Notes under the pieces: generated by a model | What the model saw: the letters and a program-made list of their open reading frames with translations, nothing else | The model's database searches: none | What the model was told of the DNA's origin: nothing | Program-made: the position numbers and the translations under genes | Origin: Eutreptiella sp. 'Long Island Sound 2002' | Taxonomy: Eukaryota; Protista; Euglenida | NCBI GenBank assembly: GCA_964036045.1 | Contig: OZ038378.1 | Coordinates: forward strand, 180,668,001 to 180,732,000 | DNA: 64,000 nt | Direction of reading: 5' to 3' | Shown: positions 63,371-64,000 of the stretch, one piece after another | How the letters are laid out: every line of letters begins with the position of its first letter | Position numbering within the stretch: the first letter of the stretch is position 1

Positions 63371-63974
63371 ACCCCCCCCCCCCCCCTTGCGCAAGCACTG
63401 CCTTGTCTAAGCACATGAGCCCGTGTTACCGTCGTTTTGATGGAATTTTCTGACCACGGTTTTTATGGTCAGAAATGTAACATTATGCGATTGTGCTTCG
63501 CTTGTAGAGGGAAAGGGGGGCTTGATCATGCTTGTGGTATTTCCTCCTGCTCATACCAACATTCTGCTTGCAATTGCAACCCAATGATGTCCCTGTTGAT
63601 GTGATTTTCAGCCATGGCTCATGTTGCTACACCTGGTATGGGTGTTACCCAAAGGCTGCCCCAAAGGGCAAGCATGTGCAATTGTTCAAGATGAGGCGCA
63701 AGGTGGGAAAGGGCTTCTATTCCACAGCTCCTGATGGCCCTGATGGGCAGTGAGAACCTCCAGAACTCGCTGAAATTTGCCTGCACATTGTGTTGTAGTG
63801 CCCTGTTGCGAAAATTGTGCTTAGGGTGAGGTATGGGCAGATTTCCAGTGACATACGTTCTTTTGGTACCGCGCGTCGCGCGCAAGCATGGCCTTGTCTA
63901 AGCACATGAGCCCGTGTTACCGCCGTTTTGCTGACTTTCAGCGTGCTTGCGCAAGAGGGGGGGGGGGGGGGGGT
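63371..63974. mobile_element. MITE with C(n)TTGCGCAAGCAC terminal inverted repeats, probable TA target
   Basis: Left C15-ttgcgcaagcac; right gtgcttgcgcaaga-G(n). A 40-bp internal direct repeat ccttgtctaagcacatgagcccgtgttaccg.cgttttg at ~63401 and ~63891. Confidence 0.75.
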
Positions 63975-64000
63975 AGCGATCATCTTGAAGTATGATAAGC

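Overview
Repeat-rich nuclear DNA of a eukaryote with large GT-AG introns. It is probably a photosynthetic euglenid; this is an inference from a decayed plastid rRNA/tRNA insert, TTAGGG-type repeats and 29-aa LRR genes. Most ORF-track entries are artefacts of microsatellites and non-coding repeats. I can reconstruct three genes, all on the - strand. (1) A 3-exon MHS-family MFS transporter (10150->2599); its first intron holds a ~1.4-kb decayed plastid insertion (23S-5S-trnN-trnR-trnV). (2) A GT31 beta-1,3-glycosyltransferase scattered as at least 8 small exons over ~29 kb (45053->15709), which no single ORF in the track captures. (3) An F-box + 12x LRR gene (60913->59501) encoded in a single ORF. 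Other content: a Thr/Pro-rich mucin-like pseudogene; a ~7.7-kb decayed L1/Tx1-like LINE (ORF1, APE, RT, zf-RVT) ending in a cellular-type RNase HI; a ~1.15-kb non-coding, A-tract-phased element family bounded by telomeric hexamers, in tandem and as a large palindrome (45.5-55.8 kb); several MITEs with poly-G/poly-C termini; and long simple repeats. All alignments, splice models and family calls were made by eye and need computational confirmation.
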